From NCBI GenBank assembly GCA_030704615.1, contig CM060732.1, positions 11,718,001 through 11,782,000 of the forward strand: a stretch of DNA of 64,000 bases, written 5' to 3'. A program made the position numbers and the translations under genes. This DNA comes from Takakia lepidozioides. Taxonomy: Eukaryota; Plantae; Bryophyta. The notes beneath the pieces are model-generated. The model made no database searches and had not been told where the DNA came from. It saw nothing but the letters and a program-made list of their open reading frames with translations. Positions 13,401 to 23,889 of the stretch are shown piece after piece (position 1 is the first letter of the stretch; every line of letters starts with the position of its first letter).

Positions 13401-15107
13401 GATGACTCCCACCTTTTGGTCGTTGGCCAAATTTTTCTGGCATGTATGGAGCCAAAAGGTCTAGCAAATGCCCAGGTTTCTGAACTGCTATGATGTGCAA
13501 GAATGGTACTATGGGACCACTCACTTCTTAAAAGTCTGAACAGGAGAAAGGCTAGTGATCCTTTAGGGGCACATTCAGACTTGAGTATTTGCATTCTGGG
13601 AAGATATGTATCTTCCTGAAAAAGTGATGTAAGTTGTCTTCTGGCTTCACTTAGCAAGCTGAGGATGGTAACAAGACATGATAGGCATGTTTTGCAAAGT
13701 ACCTAGGACCTGACAATTGTTTTACACAGGCCGTTTGCACTAGTCAGATAGGATGGAAGACTTACTATGAAGTATGTAGGACAATCAAGTTGCCTATTAT
13801 GATTGGTTTCTGTCCATCAGTACTTGAATTTCCATGTGGTTTTTATGTGAATGCAGGTGCCAGCAGGGCAGTTCTCCGTCATGAATGAAAGGACGGAATC
13901 AATGTGTGACAAGTTATTAGGACATGATATGCAATTGCTTGACATGAGAAATGATGCAATTCGAGGTCTGGAGCACAGCCTTAACATTGCGGGAAAAACT
14001 GTGAATGCACAAAAGGCACGTATTTTGCGACTCTGTGCGCGGAATGAGGAGTTGGTGCACATGTACCATGCTAAAGAAAGTGAAGTGCAGGATTTGCGGA
14101 TCCAAACGCTTGCTGAAGCTGAGAGCAGGAAAAGCTGTGAGCAAGAGTTAGATCAGGTGGAAATCTGTGCCTCTTGCTAATGACTCACAATATTAGTCTT
14201 CAATGCACCTGTGTACTATAGTGATTTTATATTTCCATTGGTACGTAGCTTTTTTTCTTTCCTTAGACATTTCTGGGCGTTGTTTCCATTTGGGTAGAAA
14301 ATGACTAGAACTGAAACACTAAAACCTGGAACTCGTATAGGCTTTCACCAGCCATAGTTGACTGCCATGAACACTGACAAGGTGATGGCTTATGGAGTGT
14401 GGTTTGGCCAATGTGATTGATGTTTCAGTTAAGAGAGCAAGCTATGAAGTGCAAGCAAGATCTGAGAGCACAGCACTTGCAATGTAAGCTGCTTAATGAG
14501 AAGCTTTGTTCGAAGGAGGTGGAATTGGAACAGCGCAGTGATGAAGTGGTAGCTCTGGAACAAACTCGAGACTGGTTGGAGGCAGAGTTGCAGCGTCTTC
14601 AATGGCATTTGGGTGATGCTAATCAAAGAGCTACAACATCAGAGAATCAGGTGTCTGCCTCCTCCTTTTAGCTGATTTGCCAAAAATATTACTTAGTGAC
14701 GGATATTATTCATTCTTCATTTGTGTTGAGTATGGCTTGACATCTTGTAGAGTGACCTTTTGAAGTAAACTCCTAATTTGAGTGTTTACTGTTTGGAGCA
14801 GCTAAATGACAAGAAGGAACGGATCAAGGTGCTGCAGGCAGACATGGAGGACCATCTGAAGGAGCTTTTGAGGTTAAGGGATGAGTTGCCAAGGGTAACA
14901 AAAGAGAGAGATGCACTACATGAAGAGGCAGAAGAAATGGGGAGGGAAGCATTCCGAGTAAGTGCGGAGGTGGAAGTTTTGCGCAGGGAAGTGCACAAGT
15001 TGGATGAGGATGTCATGGTGAAGGATGGTCAAATCTCAATGTTGTGTCGCGAGTTTGAAGGAAATGACCGGGACAAATTTTTTGAGTCAATGGGTAATGT
15101 ATCATAG
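10468..15107 (+). CDS. Long coiled-coil protein, At2g39300/At3g55060-like; join(10468..10919,11230..13186,13857..14156,14429..14650,14802..15107), ~1078 aa
   Basis: All four introns are GT-AG and phase-compatible. The segment EKRLLALQV..EKEKDEVRTNLEDEIARRELTWVQKLEKIRLEERWLRE and the C-terminal LPRVTKERD..KLDEDVMVKDGQISML resemble this plant family (from recall). The exon 2 acceptor has a weak pyrimidine tract. Confidence 0.8.
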
Positions 15108-15844
15108 TTATTTCCACTGGATACTTGTAAAAAGGTAGGAATGTAAAGATAGTAGAGAGCCTGCAGGGTGATATGTTAAGGGCTCTACTCTGTGCAACTG
15201 TGGTGGACTTCATACTGGCTAACTGGTGGATGATGAAGTCATTTTGTATCTTCTGTCTTTGATGGATGGTTCATGCATTTACTAAGCTGAGGAATGAATA
15301 GTCCAATGGAAATGTAGCGGGTGCATAGCTTTCTATTTCAACTGTATGTGACAAAGTTGCATTGATATGGAAAATCCCACATAATATGTACGCCAACCCC
15401 TGACTGGGTTGGACTAATATCGCACACCCCCTTAGCCTCACACTAGTGAAAAACAGCACGCTGGGTCTTGAAAAGTGTCTATGATCTGAATGGCTTCAAA
15501 TATAATGTGATCACTGTATAATGATCATGCTATTTCTACAGATACTCCCATCAGATGAGAAATGTACTCCAATTTTGGTTAACATGGCATGCAGATGCAC
15601 CAACATGGAACAGAACATTGCACCTGGATTTGTGGCAATGCCAATGGATTCTTTCAGCAAATTGTAAACTTTTCACCCCCAACGACATTCTTATTTTCAT
15701 CTGTAAGGGGAACAGAATATCTTACCCAACGAGTTTATTTTGAGCGTGCGAGGCTGACAGCACGGCCGTCCAGAGGAAAGTGGGCTTCATTCAGGCTGTG
15801 ATGGAATTTTAAAATTTATGAGCTCAGCTGTGGTCAGGGCTGAG

Positions 15845-16100
15845 CAGTGTTTTGTTTAAAGAAATTTGGAAAACAGCACGAGTGGCTACAGAGTTTTGCA
15901 GAAAATAGCAGTATATTCTGTTCATCCACTTAATACATCTACCTCTGTACCATAATCCATTTGTATCATCCATATGTAGCGAATTCATCCATAATTTATT
16001 TTTTTATTTGGAGAAATTGGCTACAAAAAAACAGGGGATTTGCGACAGAATATTCTATTTTACTTTTTGAGGTCGAAATTCGCCAATAAAAAAAACGCTG
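15845..16100. mobile_element. hAT-type MITE (256 bp)
   Basis: Ends CAGTGTTTTT / AAAAAACGCTG with an exact 8-bp TSD GGGCTGAG (15837-15844, 16101-16108). Confidence 0.85.
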
Positions 16101-16220
16101 GGGCTGAGACCTCCGACACTTTTTTAACCTGTTATGCCATTGCGTCACTATAATCACTACCTAATCTTTTGTAAGCGAGACGTCTTTACAACCTCTGTTG
16201 GCGACACAGTTTTGCATCTC

Positions 16221-16387
16221 GTGAACCAAAAAAAAGTGATGGTGACTGAAAACCCTCAATGATGGATATTATTATATTTGAGCGTAATTTGACAATGGCC
16301 TCCCTTGCGTTATCGCTGAGACATGTGGTCTTCTCTTTGGCACCATCATTGAGGGTTTTCAGTCACCATCACTTTTTTTTGGTTCAC
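16221..16387. repeat. Perfect 45-bp inverted repeat with 77-bp spacer (MITE or hairpin)
   Basis: 16221-16265 is the exact reverse complement of 16343-16387. Confidence 0.9.
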
Positions 16388-17369
16388 TATCATAGACTGG
16401 TTAATGAATGCCTATGCCAAGATGCCATTCACGAAAGAGGCCTCGCATCATGCAGCAGATTAAAGGGCTGGGTTGTGGAGCTGAAAGCAATATCTCGACC
16501 TTGGGGATGCACCGTGGCTATGGAACCACCTTCAGGGATGTTATTCGAAATAGGCGATAACACAAAACTCTTTCGTTTTTAAAGTCATTCAGCATGATTT
16601 CATGTGGATCGAGAGCTGCAAGAAACCTGCATAGGTAGATGGTCAATTGGAAGGAGCAGTGTCAACACATTTGATGATAAAAGCATGCACTTATAAGTAG
16701 GGCACCTTCTTCATGAACACATTTCAAAATTCAGCTTGATTTGCTCTCTTATTAGACATGGTGTGGTCCGTGCAGGCAGTCTGCTACATGGACGCGGACC
16801 TGTGGTGGTGGTAACACGAGTTCCGATGTTGAGCTTGACTGGTATGTTACTGCACTAAAGACATCACTGAAGCTGAGCATATAAAATAGGTGTCTTGGAA
16901 TTTTGAGGGTGATACTGATACATATCAGAAAGCTACTATCTGAAAAATCTTGAATATGTTGTTGACACAGCCTTCCTGTTGTGATTCTGATGTGGGCATT
17001 GAGATGAGAGCAATCTCAATGGAAGCCTCGGCTGAATCATTTACTGAGCAGCATGTTCCAGCGGTAGTGTTTGAGTGATACTGATGCATATCTGTTGCCT
17101 GCATGTGGATTGGGCCCTTTTGAAATTGGAGCTGTGGTATGTTAAACTTCATCAACTTCAAAACTTTATGCTGAAGGTAAGCCCAGCCTCAGTATCCAGA
17201 TAGCTGAGCATTTTTTCGTTCTCTCTATAAGAAGCTATAGAGTTGATGTGGGGCAGGAGCAAGAGTCACATCAAGATTCTCTCATAACTTGCAGATTCTA
17301 CTCGAGCTATTTGACTTGTACACTCAATGTTGATTTGTCTGTTTTCTTTATTTGAGTTCGAATCTTAGT

Positions 17370-18960
17370 CTAATGCCAAGGGCAGGTAGGCCCTTGAGAT
17401 CATCCTTAACGTCCTCCATATCACAGACTGGAAGCAAGTTCATGCCTACCTCCATTTTCATGGGACAGTCTTTGGGCATCAGATATGGCTTTGGACACAA
17501 CCCCCTTCAGGTTAGCTTCATCTAGTAGGTCAGTTCTTCTGGACTAGTATTCAGAGGTGCGGGAACAATGTTCTTGATGGTCGTGAAGATGGTCACTGTC
17601 GGGAGAGAGTATCCTGGACAATGTATCAGAATGGATGTTGTCTTTAGGCTGCCCACATCAAGCAATTCCTCTTCCTCTCTGCATCTGTTTATTGTTTAAA
17701 GATAGGCAAAGCCCATAGTTTAAATTTCAGTCTAATGCTGGAGTTAGGTAGGCCACCCATGAAATCATCCTTAAGGTCCTCACCCGTGTCACAGACTTCT
17801 TGATGATGCTAAAGATGGTCGCTCTCTGGTGAGAATATGCGGACACTATCAGAATGGATATTGTCTTCAGGCTGCCCACATCGGGCATTTCCTCTTCCCC
17901 TCTGCATTTGTTTATTGTTTAAAGGTAGGCGAAGCCCTGAGTGTAAATTTCAGGCTAATGCCGGAGGTAGGTAGGCCGTGGTCCTCATACATGTCACAGA
18001 CTTCTTGATGGTCCTGAAGATGGTCACTCTCTGGTGAGAATATTGTGGACGATGTATCAGAATGGATCACCTTCAAGTCCCCATGATCATTTACAAACTT
18101 AAGATTATCCAGAAAAGGTGAGTGCCTATTATTTGTGCTGCATCCAGCAAAGACATAACATGTGCACACCCATGACATTCGTTGCCAAGGTTGGAAACAG
18201 TATGAATGCATCACAAAGGACAGGAACCCCCTCTCATTGATCTTTGAAATCACTGATTAAAGCTTCTGCGAGAGGATTTTCCCAGGGCTTCCAACAACGT
18301 CTTACATCCTAATGTTGTAAAAGCCCACAGCTTCCCTGTTGCTGGCCATTTTGCACAAAGAAGGCATCAAGATGTATGAGCCAATGGTCACTGTATATTT
18401 AAGACAAGGTTGCGTGGTACACAAAGCTCCCAGGTTTCTGCAGAAGGAAAGACAGAGGATAGGTGTTGTGGAGGGAATTCATGAGCAACCTGGAGTCAGG
18501 GAAGTATTGTGCCTTAGAACTTCATTTTCATCAGACAATTTTCTAGCAACAGAGATGGCTTTGGAAACTTCAGCCTCTAAGTCAGATTTATCCAGCAGGG
18601 TCATGGCTTGTGGACTTAGATTGAGATCCTTGAAAATCTGTTCTACCCTCTTCCGCCAGGACTCAGCCCGTTTGATAGTGCGATCCTGCTTCCAAGATAT
18701 AGAGTCAATTAACTTAAAGTAGGATATCTGGTATTAGTCATGCGTTGTAGCTGACCCCACCATCTGACCTTGAGTTCATCACGTAGGGAGCTTAAGGGGG
18801 AACGCCAAACTCACCTTAAACGCCACATTAGGTGTTTTGAAGCATGCTGACATGCACTCCTTCAGCACCCTCACTTGAATGGATTCTACAGACGTAGCCT
18901 CATTGGAGTTATCAACCCACACATTAGATGCATACTCCAAGGTAGGCCTAATAACATGGC
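17370..18960 (-). mobile_element. Degenerate LINE 3' fragments with internal ~230-bp tandem duplications (same family as 53760-55190)
   Basis: 18490-18960 aligns by eye to 54280-54740 (VIRPTLEY..ESIQVRVLKECMSAC). 17370-18070 repeats the C-terminal zinc-finger region seen at 54100-54280. Confidence 0.8.
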
Positions 18961-19454
18961 AAAGCATGAATTTTTCCTTCAGAGATGATCCCATTGGAGT
19001 AGAAAACTTGATGCAGAAAGAGACCACCTCCAACAATGACATATACATCACTATATGCTCATATCCTAAGGCTGGAGTGTATCTGGGGACAATACCGAAC
19101 AGTACTATTTCCATAACTGGTTTTTGATTTGCAAGTGCAGAAGCATTCATGAGAATGGTTTCAACAACAACTGCATAGCAAGGCCGATTCTGTCCGATTC
19201 TACCTCACAGTTATCTATTGGGATCTAGTCAAGAAATGCAAATCTGAGTACCAAACCAGTGAGATGTAGCTTCAAGGACATGACATATTGTTCCTCATGC
19301 ACAATGATTATAGCCAAGATACAAAACAATATAAAATACGATACAGTTTGCCAAAAGAACTATATAGATTTTTATTTATCTGATATCATAGTGATAAGAG
19401 AAACATTTGAACATTTTGAATAATTGAGACGTATTGATAATATTTGACTCCAAA

Positions 19455-20840
19455 CATACCGTTGTCGTGGCATGTTCTCCGCCTGACAACTCCACTAATC
19501 CAGCTTCGAACAACTCCATCATCTGTGACTAGATCAAAGACCTATCCATGTCAATATACCTATAGGGCCTTCGAAAGATTGGCATATCACTTGTCAAATC
19601 AATACGAATCTCCTTACCCGTCAAACACCCCAAATCCTTCAACCCGAAGGTAAAGCAATTTCAATAAGTCCTTAGAAATCGTTGGATCCTCCGTCTCTAT
19701 CCTCTGGTGATTGTAGCTCCAATATCTGGTTCCTAATTGTCCTTATTGACTGCAACCTTGGGTACACCAGGCTTGAGGTAAGATACGCATCTTTTGGTTG
19801 TTAGATAGCAACCCCTTGGGCCTTATCCGTCCCCTCTAGCTGTGACATAGCCTCCATTTGCTTCGCGCCATAACCACCTTTAGAACATCTTCTAAGCAAG
19901 AAACATCCTCAACTTCTTCAAATTAAACCTTGGTTATCTTGGCTTCCAACATCTAATCCTTAGTACATGAGGGCTTTCCTCACTTCTCATATTGTTACTT
20001 GAAAGATCCAATGACTATCTCTTTGCGCATCTCATCCTACATCTGCCATGGGTGTTTGCACCCCACGATCATATGTTCGCCCCCACTCACTGCCTCAACC
20101 GTCTCGGTCGGCAGAGAGGGTGCAATATCCGCTGGCAGTGCAGAAGTAGCTACAAGTGCTCGCAATCATCGTTGCTCAGCAATGCACAAACCAATGACCC
20201 ATGTCAAGCAATTCAAATCCAGTGCTTGACCCAACATCTTTCGACGTAATGCCTCTGACAGAGGTCAATGCACAGCTCTAATGCCCATGACAAACCCCAT
20301 TGTCTGTTCTCGCTCATCTATGCTGGGTTCCACCAATTGTTGTAGCACACTGTTCCAAATCAATCCCGGCCCATTGTCTAAAAAAACATGAAACGAGATA
20401 AAGCTCATGAGTGTAGGTAAGGCCACACATGGCTGCCCCATTCGATTGACCACCGCCAAAGATGCACATTCATCATGTCGAACTCTCTGTGCTTGTCTTC
20501 ATCGGTCCAAAATGCCCTCAATTGTGAATTTGGGTGGCCGTTGAATGGAATCGTACTATGTTCTCTTGAGCAACTCTGGTGGTGCAAGATTGGCCTACCA
20601 CAATCGAGGTCAATGTGCAATTGATCCCATCGCGGCTCCATTTGATAGCACCGCCGATCTAATCGAGGACTGCACCTGATGCAAACTGACCATAACCCTC
20701 GCCCCTCATAAAGAAAACATTTCCAAAATATAAGTTGGAGGTTGCATTTGCCTTACCTGTAGGTCTCGCGATCTACTTGCAACATCTTCCAAAACAAATG
20801 CAACATTGCATCATGCAAGCCATTCCCATAACATGAGGGA
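19455..20840 (-). mobile_element. Degenerate Ty3/gypsy pol fragment: C5-DNA methyltransferase-like domain, linker, RT N-terminus
   Basis: Minus-strand translation across frameshifts gives GNGLHDAMLHLFW, YILE(NV), GSIAH*PRLW*ANL, ALPTLMSF..GPGLIW..EPSIDEREQTMGF and RRKMLGQALDLN. Further downstream are CFTFGLKDLGCLTGKEIRIDLTSDMPIFRRPYRY and MELFEAGLVELSGGEHATTTV (the gypsy pre-RT/RT start). Confidence 0.8.
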
Positions 20841-20879
20841 GAATGGGTCATTTTGCAAGTCTATTAGAGTTGTAAGGAG

Positions 20880-23579
20880 GTCGATTGATTTAAGGTATAG
20901 GAACTATTGTTGTTTGAGTTTCATGTGTTTGGATCATCCTCCTATATAGGCTGCATGCTTGACTATGTGTCATGCTAGTTTGGTTTGGCACTAATTAAAG
21001 GGGGTTAGCGACGCTAGGACCCCGGGTGTGCCAGACGCGCCAACCCCCCTGCGACTGCAGCGTCGCGCAGGCGCCCGGCCCGGGACTTGCGATGTCGGGG
21101 CATCGCAACACCGGTGCTCGGACGACGTTGTGGCATCTTGCGATGTCATGCCGTCGCCAGAAATGGGCCTGACTTCATTCCCCCATCAACGCGTTGGGGG
21201 GTTGCAACGCCCCCGGATGCTGCAATGTCGGGGAATCGCAACAAGGCGTCCCCGCGTCGTAGCCCTACGACGTCGGGCGTTCCTGCAACGGCGGAGAATC
21301 GCAATGCCCGGTTTTTTTTATTTTTTTTATTTTTTATTTTTACCCCGCCGTCGCAGGAGCGCCCGGCCGTCGCAATAGCGTTGCTGGGGCTGCGGCGCTG
21401 CGATTCCCCGGCGTCTTAGGGGTGTCGCAGAAAATTGATTATGGGAGTAGATTGTAGAGCATAATGGGCTTGGCATCCTCAGATTACAGTCATTGTCTAA
21501 CAATAAGTTGAAATGCAGTTTTGTAAAACTTAGGCCATTGATAGATATTTGTTCTTGAAGAACTCTAGGGACAAGTCTCAATGCAAGTTCCAGATGTGAG
21601 AGCTCCTGTAAAGTACGCATAATCTGCAACACAATGATATGATTGAGATAGTTGTAGTCACTAGGAGCTAACTTTTGATATGTATATATATTTGGACTGA
21701 TTTTGTGATACATAGAGGTATTGTAGATTTGTTGGTTAGTATGTAGTGTCTTAGAAATGTTATAATGTGGAGGTCATAGGTTCAAGTATGCATTGCTTAA
21801 TATATGTAGAACAATGTATGAACTGCCATTGGACAAAACCGGAGTCAATCGTCTACTAGTTTTTGAAATTCAAATTTTAAATTCAAATTCGAATTTTCCT
21901 ACCTAAATTCAAATGTACCCCCCTAAATTGTGACGTCTGGGGGTCGCATTTACGACCCCCAGATGTCTCTTATGTGACGTCGCAGAATTTTATTTTTATT
22001 TTATTTTTTTTGTGCGATGCCCGGACGTCACAAGTCGCGCCGGCGCCGCGGCCGGGGGATCTCGGGGGGTTTGCGATTCCCCGACAACGCTAATTAGCAA
22101 CGTCTTTGCGACTTCCCGACGTCGCAAAATGCCCTCGGCGCGCCCCGGGCGCCGTAGAGTATTTTCGTCGTCAATCGCGGCGGTTGGAGGTCGCTGGGGC
22201 ATCGCTAAACCCCCCCAAACGTAGTAGTGTGGGCATTTGTCTTATAGGTGGTTGGTCCGGAGGAGGATTCTCGCCGAGGGTGCAAGCCATTTTGATTGTC
22301 ACTAATTTGGGCTATTGGTTGAAATGTGACGCTTCTGTCCGGATGCATCCCCATTTTGTTTAGAGTCTGCATGCGCACTACATGAACCAATGGGAGATGT
22401 ATGAATGAGCATCTTATATTTCAGAGTTAGGCTTTCAACGGAACAGATGATCATGAACCAGAACTTCATGTAGTATATATCTCATTTTGTTAGTCTATAT
22501 CTTTGTCTTTGATGAAGTCAAGAACTTCTAATCACGACACATATAGCAATATACTCCCATGTTATGCAATATGATGAAAAGCAGTTGGAATATGGAAGCA
22601 GTTGGCTGAAAAATATACTTACATCGATGTGGAAGTAGTTGGCTGAAAAGGAAAATGTCTGAGCTCCAAGAATTTCTGTAATTCCTCTGAAATCCTCGAG
22701 TGGCACAAGTGTCAAGAGTGGCACGAGTGAGTCAGCTGTATGTGATTTCCCGCCAAGCACTAAGCCACTAAATGCCAAAAACAGAACTGTGATCTACTTT
22801 AACAACAAATAATGACGACAACGAAAGACGATGCAATGATTGCGATGATGGGCAGTCATTTTGAACTTCCTCATCAAACCGTTGGATGGTGGTGCGGCCA
22901 ACACATAACCGTTTGTTATTCTGGGACACCATGGAGGAAATGTATATAGTTATTAATGGACCACGTATATACTATGGAGTTGTGGGCACCATCAAGCTTG
23001 ATGATTTCATATAGGAGTTTGATAGTTGATGTGATTTGCAGCAGATTGCAATCCACAACTGTTTATGTCATTTATGGCATGGAAGAAACTATTTCAGCAC
23101 CTTGAGGAACCGCCCATGGATGATTATCATGAGTTTAGGCAGGGACATGAGATGGAGATTGAGGAGTGACAAGAGTATTGGTCACCTAACTACATCTTCA
23201 TCACTAGAGGTACAGTGACAGCGGCCACAACAGCTACACCGGCAGCTTCTGCAAGCAACAGTGGAACAAGTGGTTCAAGAATTGGGACGTCTACCCAAGC
23301 TCAAGCCGTAACATCAATACATGTGCTTGCTTTTAGCCCAATTGTGGAGTTATTCGAAGAATTGAGAAGGAACTACCAAGAAGTTACGGAGCTTGCAAGA
23401 GTTCCAACACAAACCTACTGAAGTTTGAGGGAGGCTTACACTCACATAAGGCGCTTGATAAGTGTAATTGAAGGGGTTACGGAAGCTCAAGCAGTCCAAT
23501 TCTGGTATGGGATATTGGATAAGGAACTAAGAAAAATGATGCGGGATGCAACTCTCTTATAAGTAGCCCAACCACCTTA
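20880..23579 (+). mobile_element. Degenerate LTR-retrotransposon leader and gag, paralogous to 33370-34610, interrupted by a CACTA insertion
   Basis: 20921-20988 joined to 22230-22260 matches 33371-33460. 22900-23579 matches the gag at 33900-34614 (FSPIVELFEELRRNYQ..EAQAVQFWYGILDKEL). Confidence 0.8.
20989..22229. mobile_element. Non-autonomous CACTA element (1241 bp)
   Basis: Starts CACTA and ends TAGTG, with a 3-bp TSD TGG on both sides and GC-rich (T)GCGACG subterminal repeats at both ends. Removing it restores collinearity with 33418-33455. Confidence 0.9.
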
Positions 23580-23852
23580 CACAAGAAGAAATCATGTTTT
23601 TTCCTATTGCATTGTTTTATGACTGTTATGACTCTACCAATCACTACCCTGCGACTGTAGTCATTAGTTCAGCAAGAACCAACATTTTGTGCCAAGTGTC
23701 ATTGGAGTGGCAAAACACGTTGTGTCTATGACTCCATAACTCATGATTATATATCAAATATTTATTTAAAATAAAGTATATAGATATAATGACATGGCAC
23801 ATCAAGTCATTGGAATTATTGTACTTACAACTACAATTTGACGTGGTATTTG

Positions 23853-23889
<37 letters not shown>

